The notes below the pieces were generated by a model. That model saw only the letters and a list, made by a program, of their open reading frames with translations. It did not search any database and was not told the origin of the DNA. From NCBI GenBank assembly GCA_947626145.1, contig CANQRB010000002.1, forward strand, positions 68,339-132,338: DNA of 64,000 nt, written 5' to 3'. Numbering within the stretch: the stretch's first letter is position 1; each line of letters starts with the position of its first letter. The position numbers and the translations under genes were made by a program. This stretch comes from an uncultured Clostridia bacterium. Lineage in GTDB: Bacteria; Bacillota; Clostridia; UMGS1883. This document shows positions 37,200 through 46,219 of the stretch, piece after piece.

Positions 37200-37257
37200 T
37201 AGTTTTTTTAAAATTTTTTTGGACGGACGCGCCGGCAAAACAGCGTAAAAGACAAAA

Positions 37258-37300
37258 AGCCCGCCGGAACGCGAACGCTTCGGCGGGCCTTTGTTTTTGG
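37258..37300. terminator. bidirectional terminator downstream of the XRE gene
   Basis: gcccgccg ... cggcgggc 8-bp stem, T-rich on both sides. Confidence 0.55.
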
Positions 37301-37499
37301 CCGATCGTTTTTCAAATTCGTCAGGAACAGCATATATGAGATGTGTCGGCTCAAATTTTTGCATCCGGAACTCGGGAACAGAGATCATGATGCGGCCGGG
37401 ATTCTATACGTTGATGCCGCAGACAGTAAAGATTTGTCCTTCTCCGCTGGATATCCGGTCGGCATATATGTACATCTCATCGCGTTGGCGGGGTTTAGC

Positions 37500-37733
37500 C
37501 TACGAAAGCAAATCCGAGACAGAAACGCCCATGTATGCGGCTATGCTGCATACCGTGCTCAGCTTGGGATTGGTCAGCTTACGTTCGAGCAGACTGATCT
37601 CATCCGGGCTTACGCCGCACTTTTCGGCAAATGTCTCTTGAGTTTCGTTGGCAGTATGGCGAAACTTTTTCATATTTGCTGATAAAGCTTCAATTTCCGT
37701 CATTTCGTCACCCCTTTGTACAAAATTATACAT
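37500..37733 (-). CDS. XRE family HTH transcriptional regulator (small)
   Basis: ETQETFAEKCGVSPDEISLLERKLTNPKLSTVCSIAAYMGVSVSDLL is a Cro/C1-type HTH. Confidence 0.65.
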   Translation of the reverse strand: MYNFVQRGDEMTEIEALSANMKKFRHTANETQETFAEKCGVSPDEISLLERKLTNPKLSTVCSIAAYMGVSVSDLLS

Positions 37734-37844
37734 GATTTTTATGAATTTGTACAGGGATTACATTACGGATTTGGAAAATTTTAGAAAAAAATTTTAGGCG
37801 CGGTTTCGCTGCCGGCCAAGCGGAACCGCGCCGGATTAAAATCA

Positions 37845-39143
37845 CTATCGATCGGTCGGCAAGCCGATCAATATTATGCCGGTGAACATTTTATCCTTGG
37901 CGTCATAGAACCATTTCATGCTGCCGTCATAGTTTTTCAGAGCGTGGCAGATGCTGGACATCCCTATGCCGTGGGCGTCCTTATCCTTTTTTCGGGTGAG
38001 GAGCCGCCCGTCCTCCGCGGCGGGCTCGGCGTCGCAGCTGTTTTCCAGCTTGATGGCGGCGTAGGCATTGTTTACGGTGTAAAGGCTCAGGAATATCTTT
38101 TTTCCTTCGGAATGTGCCGTGCTTTCGATGGCGTTGTCAAGCAGATTGGCGAAAATGGCGACTATGTCCGTGTCGGAAATAAAGGATATATCCACGTTTT
38201 GCACGTCGATCTGGAGGTCGATGCCCTCGCGGCTGCAGGTTTCCATTTTCTGCGATAAGATAATGTTCAGCGTCTTGTTATCGGTGTATTCCGCAAGCAG
38301 AAATTCTCTGCTTTTATTCCGCAGGCCGCGTATCAGACTCAATATTTTATCGGAGCTTTCGCTGTCGGTGAGCAGCCCCTCAATGCTGTTGTAATAACTG
38401 TTAAAGTCGTGGGTCATTATTCTGAGCTCGTCGTACTTTTCCCGCAGCAGCTCATAGCTGCGCCAGTCCAGCTCGTTCTTGTGCTCCATTTCCTGAAATT
38501 GGCGTATTTTTGCGTTTTTTTCGGCAATCATATCAAAGACCACACAGTTGGCGTAGTTGGCCGCTATGACAAAAAAATACAGGCAGAGGAAGCCGACCCG
38601 GTCATAAAATGAAAACTGCTTGATCATCTCGTCCATTACAAATATAAAAACCGTACTCGCCGCCGGGAACACCAAAAGCAGCAGCTGTTCCTTAAGGGCG
38701 CCCTTTAATTCCCCCAGCTTCATGAACCGTTTCAAAATGAGGACAAGCAAAAAGTATATAAACTTTGACGAAACGGAGAATATCCAATAAAAACCGTCCG
38801 GCAGCCCGGCGGTATCGGAATGTATCCCCGCAGCCGTCAAAAACAGCGCCTCGCCGGCCATCATAAAAGCCGTAAGAAGAAAGGTCTTAAGGGCCGCCGA
38901 CCATATTTTTTCCTTGTAACCGAGAATAATAACGGTAAAAATCATTATAAAGCCGCTTATCAAATTCAAGCTGGAATTGCCGAAGCCGCATATTACCGCG
39001 TGAATCAGATAACCGATTACCGCCGTAAGATTGCTTTTAAGTCTTGACTTTCTGTATGTAAGCGTAGAATTTGCAAAATAAATGAATATCAAACATTCCT
39101 GCACGATTGAAAAGATTGTTGGCAGCAAGACGCCGAGGCTCAT
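37845..39143 (-). CDS. sensor histidine kinase, AgrC/LytS-like (HPK10-type, pairs with the LytTR regulator)
   Basis: Six or seven N-terminal TM helices (AT-rich DNA). C-terminal GHKL ATPase motifs (NLLDNAIESTA, GIGMSSI). Confidence 0.85.
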   Translation of the reverse strand: MSLGVLLPTIFSIVQECLIFIYFANSTLTYRKSRLKSNLTAVIGYLIHAVICGFGNSSLNLISGFIMIFTVIILGYKEKIWSAALKTFLLTAFMMAGEALFLTAAGIHSDTAGLPDGFYWIFSVSSKFIYFLLVLILKRFMKLGELKGALKEQLLLLVFPAASTVFIFVMDEMIKQFSFYDRVGFLCLYFFVIAANYANCVVFDMIAEKNAKIRQFQEMEHKNELDWRSYELLREKYDELRIMTHDFNSYYNSIEGLLTDSESSDKILSLIRGLRNKSREFLLAEYTDNKTLNIILSQKMETCSREGIDLQIDVQNVDISFISDTDIVAIFANLLDNAIESTAHSEGKKIFLSLYTVNNAYAAIKLENSCDAEPAAEDGRLLTRKKDKDAHGIGMSSICHALKNYDGSMKWFYDAKDKMFTGIILIGLPTDR

Positions 39144-39868
39144 CTGATCTCACCTGCCCGCATAAAAAATTTTTTGTCAAAGCCGCCGTAACACCTTCTG
39201 GACATGGCCGCCGTATATTTTCTGCCGCCGTATGCGAGAGTGACGCTTTGCCGGTCATAATCGGTCACGTAGCGCATATTCACGTAAAAGCTCTGGTGGG
39301 ACTGGGCGAAATACGCGGCCTCCTTCTCTATGAGACTTTTCACCGTTTTAAACGGTTCTTCCGCAATAAAATCGTAGTCCTTAGACACAACATGGGTGTG
39401 CCTGGAAATATTTTCGATATAGATGATCGAGGCCGTTTCAATATCCAACGAGACCTTATTTTTCCGATTGGTGAGGGAAATGCGCCTGTCTCTGTCTTTT
39501 ATCTTCTCCAAAGCACTGTCTATGCCGCGCTCCAGCCTTGACCTGTCAAGCGGCTTTGGCAGAAAACGGAATGCCCCCACGTCAAAGGCCTTGTCCAGAT
39601 AGATCTGATAGTTGGTGATAAAGAACACAAAACAGTTTTTGTTTTTTTCGAGGAGTTTTTTTGAGAGGGCAATCCCGTCGACCCCGTCCATTTTAATGTC
39701 GAGAAAGGCCATATCATAGTCCGCGCCCGCACTTAAAAGCTTGTTCGGGTCATGAAAAATACAGTATTCACGGTCGGTCTGTTTTTCTGTAAATATCGAA
39801 TTTATCATTTCTATTTCGGCGTTGAGGTCAGAGAGCTCGTCGTCACATACGGCTATTTTTAATTTCAT
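39140..39868 (-). CDS. LytTR family two-component response regulator
   Basis: Receiver domain (CDDE...D...K) followed by a C-terminal LytTR DNA-binding domain. 4-nt overlap with the kinase gene. Confidence 0.9.
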   Translation of the reverse strand: MKLKIAVCDDELSDLNAEIEMINSIFTEKQTDREYCIFHDPNKLLSAGADYDMAFLDIKMDGVDGIALSKKLLEKNKNCFVFFITNYQIYLDKAFDVGAFRFLPKPLDRSRLERGIDSALEKIKDRDRRISLTNRKNKVSLDIETASIIYIENISRHTHVVSKDYDFIAEEPFKTVKSLIEKEAAYFAQSHQSFYVNMRYVTDYDRQSVTLAYGGRKYTAAMSRRCYGGFDKKFFMRAGEIR

Positions 39869-39888
39869 AGTTTCGCCTCCGTAATATT

Positions 39889-39917
39889 ATTGTACAAAAA
39901 ATAAAATGGATTGTCAA
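39889..39917 (-). promoter_or_regulatory. sigma-A type promoter of the two-component operon
   Basis: Minus strand: TTGACA, 17-nt spacer, TACAAT. Confidence 0.5.
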
Positions 39918-40103
39918 TCTTTTAATTTCATTTAAAAGCGGCGCCGAAAACGGTGCCGCTTTCATTATATAATTGCCTTGTCGAAATTTCAATAGTCATG
40001 ACAAAAACGGTAGAAATATTACAAAAATGGTAAGCAGCTATAGCTTAAAAAGCTTTTTATTTATGTCATATCGCAAGCACGGTTTCGGCATGAAAAAACA
40101 GGT

Positions 40104-40142
40104 TTCAGCCCGGGCAGAAACCTGTTTTGTTTTATATCACGG
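40104..40142 (-). terminator. Rho-independent terminator after the dCMP deaminase gene
   Basis: aacaggtttc ... gaaacctgtt stem followed by UUUUUU on the minus-strand transcript. Confidence 0.65.
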
Positions 40143-40150
40143 TTTTTGCT

Positions 40151-40648
40151 TCAATATCCCATCATGTCTCCGAGGCTGTCGTCGTTGTCTATCCAGTCCC
40201 GCTGAACGTCGATGACCGTATATTCGTCACGGGTGTTCCTGACGACCACCTTGGCAATACCGGCGTTTATTATCATACGCTTGCACATGGCACAGCTGGA
40301 CGCATCGGGCACCAGCTCGCCGGTTTTGCAGTCCCGTCCGGCCAGATACAGGGTGGCGCCGATCATATCCCGGCGGGGAGCGCTGATAATGGCGTTGGCC
40401 TCGCTGTGAACGCTGCGGCACAGCTCGTAGCGCTGCCCTCTCGGTATCTGGAGCTGCTCCCGGCGGCAGAAGCCCAGATCGGTGCAGTTCCTGCGGCCTC
40501 TGGGAGCGCCGGTATAGCCCGTGGAGATTATTTCGTCGTTGTTCACTATTATTGAGCCGTAGTTGCGTCTGAGGCAGGTCCCTCTTTCGATTACGGACTC
40601 GGCAATGTCCAGATAATAGTTGTGCTTGTCACGGCGCTGAACCATCAC
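40151..40648 (-). CDS. deoxycytidylate (dCMP) deaminase, ComEB-like
   Basis: Zinc-binding H-A-E (HSEANAI) and PCxxC (SCAMCKRMI) motifs of the cytidine/dCMP deaminase family. Confidence 0.85.
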   Translation of the reverse strand: MMVQRRDKHNYYLDIAESVIERGTCLRRNYGSIIVNNDEIISTGYTGAPRGRRNCTDLGFCRREQLQIPRGQRYELCRSVHSEANAIISAPRRDMIGATLYLAGRDCKTGELVPDASSCAMCKRMIINAGIAKVVVRNTRDEYTVIDVQRDWIDNDDSLGDMMGY

Positions 40649-43155
40649 TGAGCTCCTCCCTGACCCGTAACTACCCTGTCGCCGGACGATAGACCGTCGA
40701 GTATCTCAATATAGCCGTCCTTGGTTACGGCTCCGGTCCTGACGGGCACCTCGGTCACCTGGCCTCCCTCACGGAGGATGCTGACCTTGCCGTCCTTCAC
40801 CAGCTCCTGGGGAACGGTGACGGCGTGGGGAGCATAGTAGGATACGATGTTCACATCGGCCATCATGCCGTCACGGTAAAGAGACGGGTCCTCCAGTGTT
40901 ATGTAGCCGATGTATTTGTCGGGGTTGCTTTCGGAGGGAACAAGATTTTCTATTGAGGCTATCTGGTTGGTGGTGGTGTTCAGCTCCTCCCAAACGGAAC
41001 TGTCAAAATTGCTGCTCCTTATCATTTTATATGTGACGGCCAGCGGAACTTCAAGTCCGGCCGCCAGCGAGGCGTCCATTTCCACGGCCAGCATGAGGCT
41101 GGTTGCGGGTATGACTACCACCGCGTTCATGCCCACGGCGGCGGTGTCGCCCTCTTTGAGGAAGAGCTTCTGCACATATCCGTCCACGGTGGCCTTTACG
41201 GTGTAGTTTTCCAGCTCGGTTTCCAGCTGCTCCAGCTCGAGCCGGGCCTCCCGTGCCTCATAGCTGTTGGAGCTGCCGCCGGAGGATGTGCCGGCAACCT
41301 GACGCTGATTTTCGACGGTTGCGATTATGCTGCCGGAGTTTACCCGATCGCCCTCTCCGACACGGAAGCTTATTTTTCCGCCGGAGGTGGCCGACAGGGA
41401 GACTATTGACGTCCTGCCCTTGGTAACATTGCCTGAAACCCGTTCGCCGTTTACCGCGACGGTGGCGGTAGAGCCGGCCGCTGTGGTGGAGGAGAAGCTT
41501 ATAACGGCGCTCCACATGGGCTGTGGAGTTTTGCTGTCGTCCTGCCCGGAGCCGCCTGTCTGATTGTTTGGCTGGGTCTCGGACTGATTGCCTGATTGAG
41601 TACCCGTTTGAGTATTCGACTGGTTCTCGGACTGGCTGCCGGACTGGGCACCCGTTTGGGTCTCGGATTGAGTTCCGGACTGGGTGTCCGCATCGGTGTC
41701 TTTGTCGTCTGAGCCGGTGTTTGCCGAGCTGCTTCCGCTGCCAGAGCTCTCGGATGAGGTTCCGGTGTCGGAGCCGGAAACGGATTCCGTATCGCTGTCC
41801 TCGTCGTTTTCACCGTTTTCAGGATCGGCGGGAGCGGCGCTTATCTGGCTGACCGAACGGACGGTGCCCTGAGTGGTGGCGCCGTTGCTGTAAACGCTGA
41901 CGCTTTGACCCACGCTTATGCGGTTCTTAAGTACGACCGTGACCTGATTGGTGGCGGGAACGGTTATCTCGGCCACGATGTCGCCGGTGCTTACCGTGTC
42001 GCCGGAATCCACTCTGAGGGCGGTAACGGTGCCGCCGGCGGAAGCGGTTATATTGGCGCGGGTGGTTTCGGTACGTGTGGAGGTGGACGATGAGGACGAA
42101 AGAGAGGCTATCCTTTCCTCAAGCAGGTCTATGCGCGCCTGAAGATTGGAGCTGTCCACGGTATATATGGTGTTGCCCTTGCTGACATAGTCGCCCTCCT
42201 TAACCTTGAGGCCGGTGACCTTTCCGGTGGCGGCGAACATGGTGGTAATCACATCGGGGCTGGTGACCTTGCCGTTGAGAGTCTCCTGCAACTGGATGTC
42301 CTGTACGGTGACGGCCACGGTCTCCGGAAGCCGGGGCTCAGCCTTTCTGTCCCGTCCGCGGACAAAAACAACGACCAGCACCGCCACTATCAGCACGGCG
42401 GCCAGCGCCGAGGCGCCTATGATGGCGGGTCTGAACTTTATGATGCCGGAATCTTCATCCTGATCTTCCTCGGGAGCGTCATTGACGGGCACCGGTTCCT
42501 CGGGAGTCCTGAGACGAAAGCGGCTTGTATTCTTTGGTGCGGGATCTTGGGCGGCGTCCCTCAGCTTGCGGATCTCATCGGGAGAGGAGATCCTTGTGTC
42601 GGATATATCCTTCTGACGGGCAGACTCCTGTGCGGGGCGTGGCTGCTCTGCGGAGCCTGTATCCCTGACTGTCGGTTCGGGCTGTTTTGCCGGAGCTGTT
42701 TCCTTCATGACCGGCTTGGGCTGCCCGGTATTTGCGGCCGCAGCCTCGTTGTTCCCGGCGGGTTTGCTGGGTTTTTCACGCAGCTTTGCTAAGTCAATTT
42801 TTCCGGTCTTTTCGGAGGCCGTTGCTTCGGCAGCTTTTTCGACCTTTTCAACCTTTACGGCCTTTTCTGACTTCTCAAGGTTGGCGGCCTTTGGCCGCTC
42901 CGCCGGCTTTTCCCGCCTTTCAGGCTGTTCCGAACGTTCGGTCACGCCGGTTTTCTTCGGCCTGTCGGGATTTGCGGCCCTGTCGGTGCCTTCGCCCTGC
43001 TTTTTCCGACGCTTTTCCGGACGCTCCTCCGGCTCGTAGTCGTCGTCATCGTTGGTATATTTTTGGTAACTTTTAATGAAAATTGTCAGGCAGACGCCGA
43101 AAAGTACGGCGACTACGGCCAGAACCACAGACGCGATCTCAAGCATCTCGTCCAT
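40645..43155 (-). CDS. 836-aa HlyD-family membrane-fusion (periplasmic adaptor) protein with an N-terminal TM, a ~210-aa charged disordered cytoplasmic segment, a second TM, and a Ser/Thr/Gln-rich linker
   Basis: Biotin-lipoyl-like and beta-barrel adaptor segments (GKVTGLKVKEGDYVSKGNTIYTVD; coiled-coil LEERIASL / LELEQLETELENY). AAGGAG RBS. Confidence 0.75.
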   Translation of the reverse strand: MDEMLEIASVVLAVVAVLFGVCLTIFIKSYQKYTNDDDDYEPEERPEKRRKKQGEGTDRAANPDRPKKTGVTERSEQPERREKPAERPKAANLEKSEKAVKVEKVEKAAEATASEKTGKIDLAKLREKPSKPAGNNEAAAANTGQPKPVMKETAPAKQPEPTVRDTGSAEQPRPAQESARQKDISDTRISSPDEIRKLRDAAQDPAPKNTSRFRLRTPEEPVPVNDAPEEDQDEDSGIIKFRPAIIGASALAAVLIVAVLVVVFVRGRDRKAEPRLPETVAVTVQDIQLQETLNGKVTSPDVITTMFAATGKVTGLKVKEGDYVSKGNTIYTVDSSNLQARIDLLEERIASLSSSSSTSTRTETTRANITASAGGTVTALRVDSGDTVSTGDIVAEITVPATNQVTVVLKNRISVGQSVSVYSNGATTQGTVRSVSQISAAPADPENGENDEDSDTESVSGSDTGTSSESSGSGSSSANTGSDDKDTDADTQSGTQSETQTGAQSGSQSENQSNTQTGTQSGNQSETQPNNQTGGSGQDDSKTPQPMWSAVISFSSTTAAGSTATVAVNGERVSGNVTKGRTSIVSLSATSGGKISFRVGEGDRVNSGSIIATVENQRQVAGTSSGGSSNSYEAREARLELEQLETELENYTVKATVDGYVQKLFLKEGDTAAVGMNAVVVIPATSLMLAVEMDASLAAGLEVPLAVTYKMIRSSNFDSSVWEELNTTTNQIASIENLVPSESNPDKYIGYITLEDPSLYRDGMMADVNIVSYYAPHAVTVPQELVKDGKVSILREGGQVTEVPVRTGAVTKDGYIEILDGLSSGDRVVTGQGGAQ
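41520..41700 (-). repeat. imperfect tandem repeats encoding the TQSG/SQSE-rich linker
   Basis: Repeated ggtctcggactg-like units; protein sequence DTQSGTQSETQTGAQSGSQSENQSNTQTGTQSGNQSETQ. Confidence 0.6.
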
Positions 43156-43247
43156 CTCCTTTTTCTTATACTTTTCCTATGGGCCCGGGAGGCCTGTTCA
43201 AGTTTATTTCTTCAGGAAAAATAATATTCCCGAATCTTTATCTCACA

Positions 43248-44486
43248 TTATTGATAGAGCGGATATTTGCCGCAGAGGGCCGCTACACGGGCCGTTATTT
43301 CGGCACGCCTGTTGTCCAGATCTGTGAGGGTCAGGAATATGAGGTCGGCGATTTCGTCCATATCCCCTTCCTTCATGCCTCTGGTTGTCACGGCGGGAGT
43401 ACCCACACGGATGCCGCTGGTGATGAAGGGACTCTGAGGATCGAAGGGAATGGCGTTTTTGTTAACGGTGATGCCCACCTCGTCAAGGAGCTTTTCGGCC
43501 TCCTTGCCGGTGATGTTTTTATTGCGCAGATCAACCAGCATCAGGTGATTGTCGGTGCCGCCGCTGACGAGGTCAAAGCCTCTGGCGTTCAGCGCCGCGG
43601 CCAAAGCGGAGGCGTTTTTCTTTATCTGGAGCTGATATTCTCTGAATTCGGGGGAGAGGGCCTCTTTCAGACACACGGCCTTGGCGGCGATGGTGTGCAT
43701 AAGGGGGCCGCCCTGTATTCCGGGGAAAATGGCCTTGTTTATCATCTTGAGATGCTCTTCCTTGCAAAGGATAAGGCCGCCCCTTGGGCCACGGAGAGTC
43801 TTGTGCGTGGTGGTGGTCACGAAGTCGGCGTAGGGCACGGGATTGGGGTGCAGTCCCGCCGCCACAAGACCGGCGATATGGGCCATGTCAACGAGGAAAT
43901 AAGCGCCGACCTCCCTGGCTATCTCCGCAAATTTGGCGAAATCTATCTCTCTCGGATAAGCGGAGGCTCCGGCAAGGATGAGCTTTGGCCTGCTCTCCAG
44001 CGCGAGACGGCGAACCTCGTCATAATCGATGACCTGGGCGTCCTCGGTTACGCCGTAAGGAACTATGTTGAAATACTTGCCGCTCATGTTCACGGGGCTG
44101 CCGTGGGAAAGGTGGCCGCCGTGGGCAAGGCTCATGGACAGCACGGTGTCGCCGGGCTCAAGACAGGCGAAGAACACCGCCATATTGGCCTGAGCTCCGC
44201 TGTGGGGCTGGACGTTGGCCGCCTCGGCGCCGAAGAGCTCCTTGGCCCGTTCGATGGCCAGATTTTCGACCACATCCACAAATTCGCAGCCGCCGTAATA
44301 GCGCTTGCCGGGGTAACCCTCGGCATATTTATTGGTGAGGGGGGTGCCGATGGCTTCCATAACCGCCTCGCTGACGAAATTCTCGCTGGCTATGAGCTCG
44401 ATTTTCGAGCGCTGACGGTTGACCTCGGCCTCGATGGCCGCGGCGACCTCCGGGTCAAAAGCCTTTACCTTGTCGATATTATACAT
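43248..44486 (-). CDS. glyA: serine hydroxymethyltransferase
   Basis: Full-length GlyA with the PLP-lysine region [14 protein letters not shown]. Confidence 0.95.
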   Translation of the reverse strand: MYNIDKVKAFDPEVAAAIEAEVNRQRSKIELIASENFVSEAVMEAIGTPLTNKYAEGYPGKRYYGGCEFVDVVENLAIERAKELFGAEAANVQPHSGAQANMAVFFACLEPGDTVLSMSLAHGGHLSHGSPVNMSGKYFNIVPYGVTEDAQVIDYDEVRRLALESRPKLILAGASAYPREIDFAKFAEIAREVGAYFLVDMAHIAGLVAAGLHPNPVPYADFVTTTTHKTLRGPRGGLILCKEEHLKMINKAIFPGIQGGPLMHTIAAKAVCLKEALSPEFREYQLQIKKNASALAAALNARGFDLVSGGTDNHLMLVDLRNKNITGKEAEKLLDEVGITVNKNAIPFDPQSPFITSGIRVGTPAVTTRGMKEGDMDEIADLIFLTLTDLDNRRAEITARVAALCGKYPLYQ

Positions 44487-44620
44487 CCTGTTACCTCCGT
44501 CAATAATTATTGAAAATCTTTCACTAATATTATAATAGGTTTTAATGTTATTTACAAGTGTTTTAAGTGAATTTTTTGAAAAATTTTGTCACGGCGTTCA
44601 AATATGTTTCCGAAAACCTA

Positions 44621-44649
44621 TTGACAACCTCGAAAATTTGACGTATAAT
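44621..44649 (+). promoter_or_regulatory. sigma-A type promoter of nth
   Basis: TTGACA, 17-nt spacer, TATAAT. Confidence 0.55.
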
Positions 44650-44675
44650 CATATCATAAGTAATGAATCGAGGCC

Positions 44676-45311
44676 TTGAAAATGAATAGACAGGAGCTTG
44701 CAGACAAATTTGTGAAAATTATGGAGGAAACCTATCCCGATGCGGTGTGCTCGCTGGAATGTGAGGATCCTCTTCAGCTTCTGATTTCCGTCCAGCTGGC
44801 GGCTCAGTGTACCGATGCCAGAGTGAACATTGTCACCCGGACGCTTTTTCCGAAATATCCCGACGTTTACGCCTACGCCAACGCGGACCTGCACGAGCTG
44901 GAGCAGGATATTAAGCCCACGGGCTTTTACCACAATAAGGCGAAAAATATAATAGGCTGCTGCCGGCGGCTGATTGATGTCTACGGCGGCAAGGTGCCCG
45001 ACACCATGGAGGATCTGCTGAGCCTGCCCGGAGTGGGGCGTAAAACCGCCAATCTGATTTTGGGCGACGTGTTCCACAAGGGCGGAATGGTCATCGACAC
45101 CCACGCCAAGCGGATATTAAAACGGGTGGGCCTGACTAAGGAAACCGACCCGACCAAGGTGGAGTTTGATGTCGAGACTCTCATCCCAAGGGAAAAGCAG
45201 TCGGATTTCTGTCACAGGCTGGTAATTCATGGACGGGAGCTCTGTGACGCTCGGAAACCCAAGTGCGAGCTCTGTCCCGCCAGAGAAATATGCGAGGAAG
45301 TCCGGAGTTAG
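44676..45311 (+). CDS. nth: endonuclease III (DNA glycosylase/AP lyase)
   Basis: HhH-GPD motif (LPGVGRKTANLIL) and a C-terminal 4Fe-4S cysteine cluster (C-x6-C-x2-C-x5-C). Confidence 0.9.
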   Translation: MKMNRQELADKFVKIMEETYPDAVCSLECEDPLQLLISVQLAAQCTDARVNIVTRTLFPKYPDVYAYANADLHELEQDIKPTGFYHNKAKNIIGCCRRLIDVYGGKVPDTMEDLLSLPGVGRKTANLILGDVFHKGGMVIDTHAKRILKRVGLTKETDPTKVEFDVETLIPREKQSDFCHRLVIHGRELCDARKPKCELCPAREICEEVRS

Positions 45312-45370
45312 GATTTTGGGGGAATACTTTGAGGTCACAAAAAAACACCTCTCAAAAAAGATAGAAAAAA

Positions 45371-45405
45371 TTCCGGGTTCACTTCGGTGCACTCGGAATT
45401 TTATG
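45371..45405. terminator. bidirectional terminator between nth and the AraC regulator gene
   Basis: 12-bp stem ttccgggttcac-ttcg-gtgcactcggaa with one mismatch and one GU pair, flanked by A- and T-runs. Confidence 0.7.
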
Positions 45406-45439
45406 TTGCTGACAAATGAGTTATATTTCTATACCGACT

Positions 45440-46219
45440 TCACTCCGCGGCCTTCATCCGCGCGTAGTTCTTCGGCGATATTCCCATGACCGCCTTGAAA
45501 TTTTTTCCAAGGTGAAATTTGTCGCAGAAGCCGCACATGGAAGCGATCTCGTCCAGCGAATAGCCGCTCTGATCCAGAAGATTGCAGGCGACCTTTATGC
45601 GCACCCTGTTGATGTACTGGGGGATCGAGCAGTTCTGTTCAGCCTTGAACAGCTTGCCGCAGTAGGCGGGATCAAGATTTACAAGGTTCGCCAGCTCCTT
45701 TGCGGTGATGGGATGCATATAGTATTCGATTATATAGCGCTTCATCTTTTCCACCGCCGGATGCGAGCTCTTAAGCTCGCTCTTGTAGAACAGATGCGAC
45801 AGGAAAAGCACCATCATTCCGTCCAGATCCATCTGGAAGCCTATGGGGCGCGATATGTATATGTAGTTCATCTTGTGGAGAATGTCCATCAAAGCGTTCA
45901 TGCTGGAGGGCTTGAAAATCGCCGTTTTGGTGAGTGAGGTCGAGCGGGGCGCCTGAAAATCCAGTGCCGATATTATGAACCTGTCCGAGTTGACCCATGC
46001 CTTGCGCCAAACTCCGGGCGCGACAAGAAAGACCTCCCCGCTGTTGATAATGTTTATAGCGCCGTCTATCTCACAGCTTATGGAGCCCTCGTGGACGATG
46101 ATTATGGCCCAATGGTCCAGCCAGCGGTCAAGGACCCAGCTTTTGTCCCTGGGCTTCTGGCAGGCGATATAGGTTACGTGGGGCAGGACGTTTTGCGGCA
46201 GTTCAGGATGATTAGTCAT
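45440..46219 (-). CDS. AraC family transcriptional regulator (cupin sensor + HTH)
   Basis: C-terminal AraC-type double HTH (ITAKELANLVNLDPAYCGKLF...SLDEIASMCGFCDKFHLGKNFK). Confidence 0.85.
   Translation of the reverse strand: MTNHPELPQNVLPHVTYIACQKPRDKSWVLDRWLDHWAIIIVHEGSISCEIDGAINIINSGEVFLVAPGVWRKAWVNSDRFIISALDFQAPRSTSLTKTAIFKPSSMNALMDILHKMNYIYISRPIGFQMDLDGMMVLFLSHLFYKSELKSSHPAVEKMKRYIIEYYMHPITAKELANLVNLDPAYCGKLFKAEQNCSIPQYINRVRIKVACNLLDQSGYSLDEIASMCGFCDKFHLGKNFKAVMGISPKNYARMKAAE

Noticed and set aside
37167-37388. 73-aa ORF as a possible AgrD-like autoinducing-peptide precursor for the orphan two-component system
   Set aside because: Low-complexity basic sequence, no RBS, wrong size and amphipathic pattern. 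It lies across a bidirectional terminator.
41905-43076. Multiple plus-strand ORFs of 60-115 aa
   Set aside because: They lie in frames opposite the HlyD-like gene and are driven by its repeat and low-complexity regions. The minus-strand 836-aa frame carries the real domain signal.
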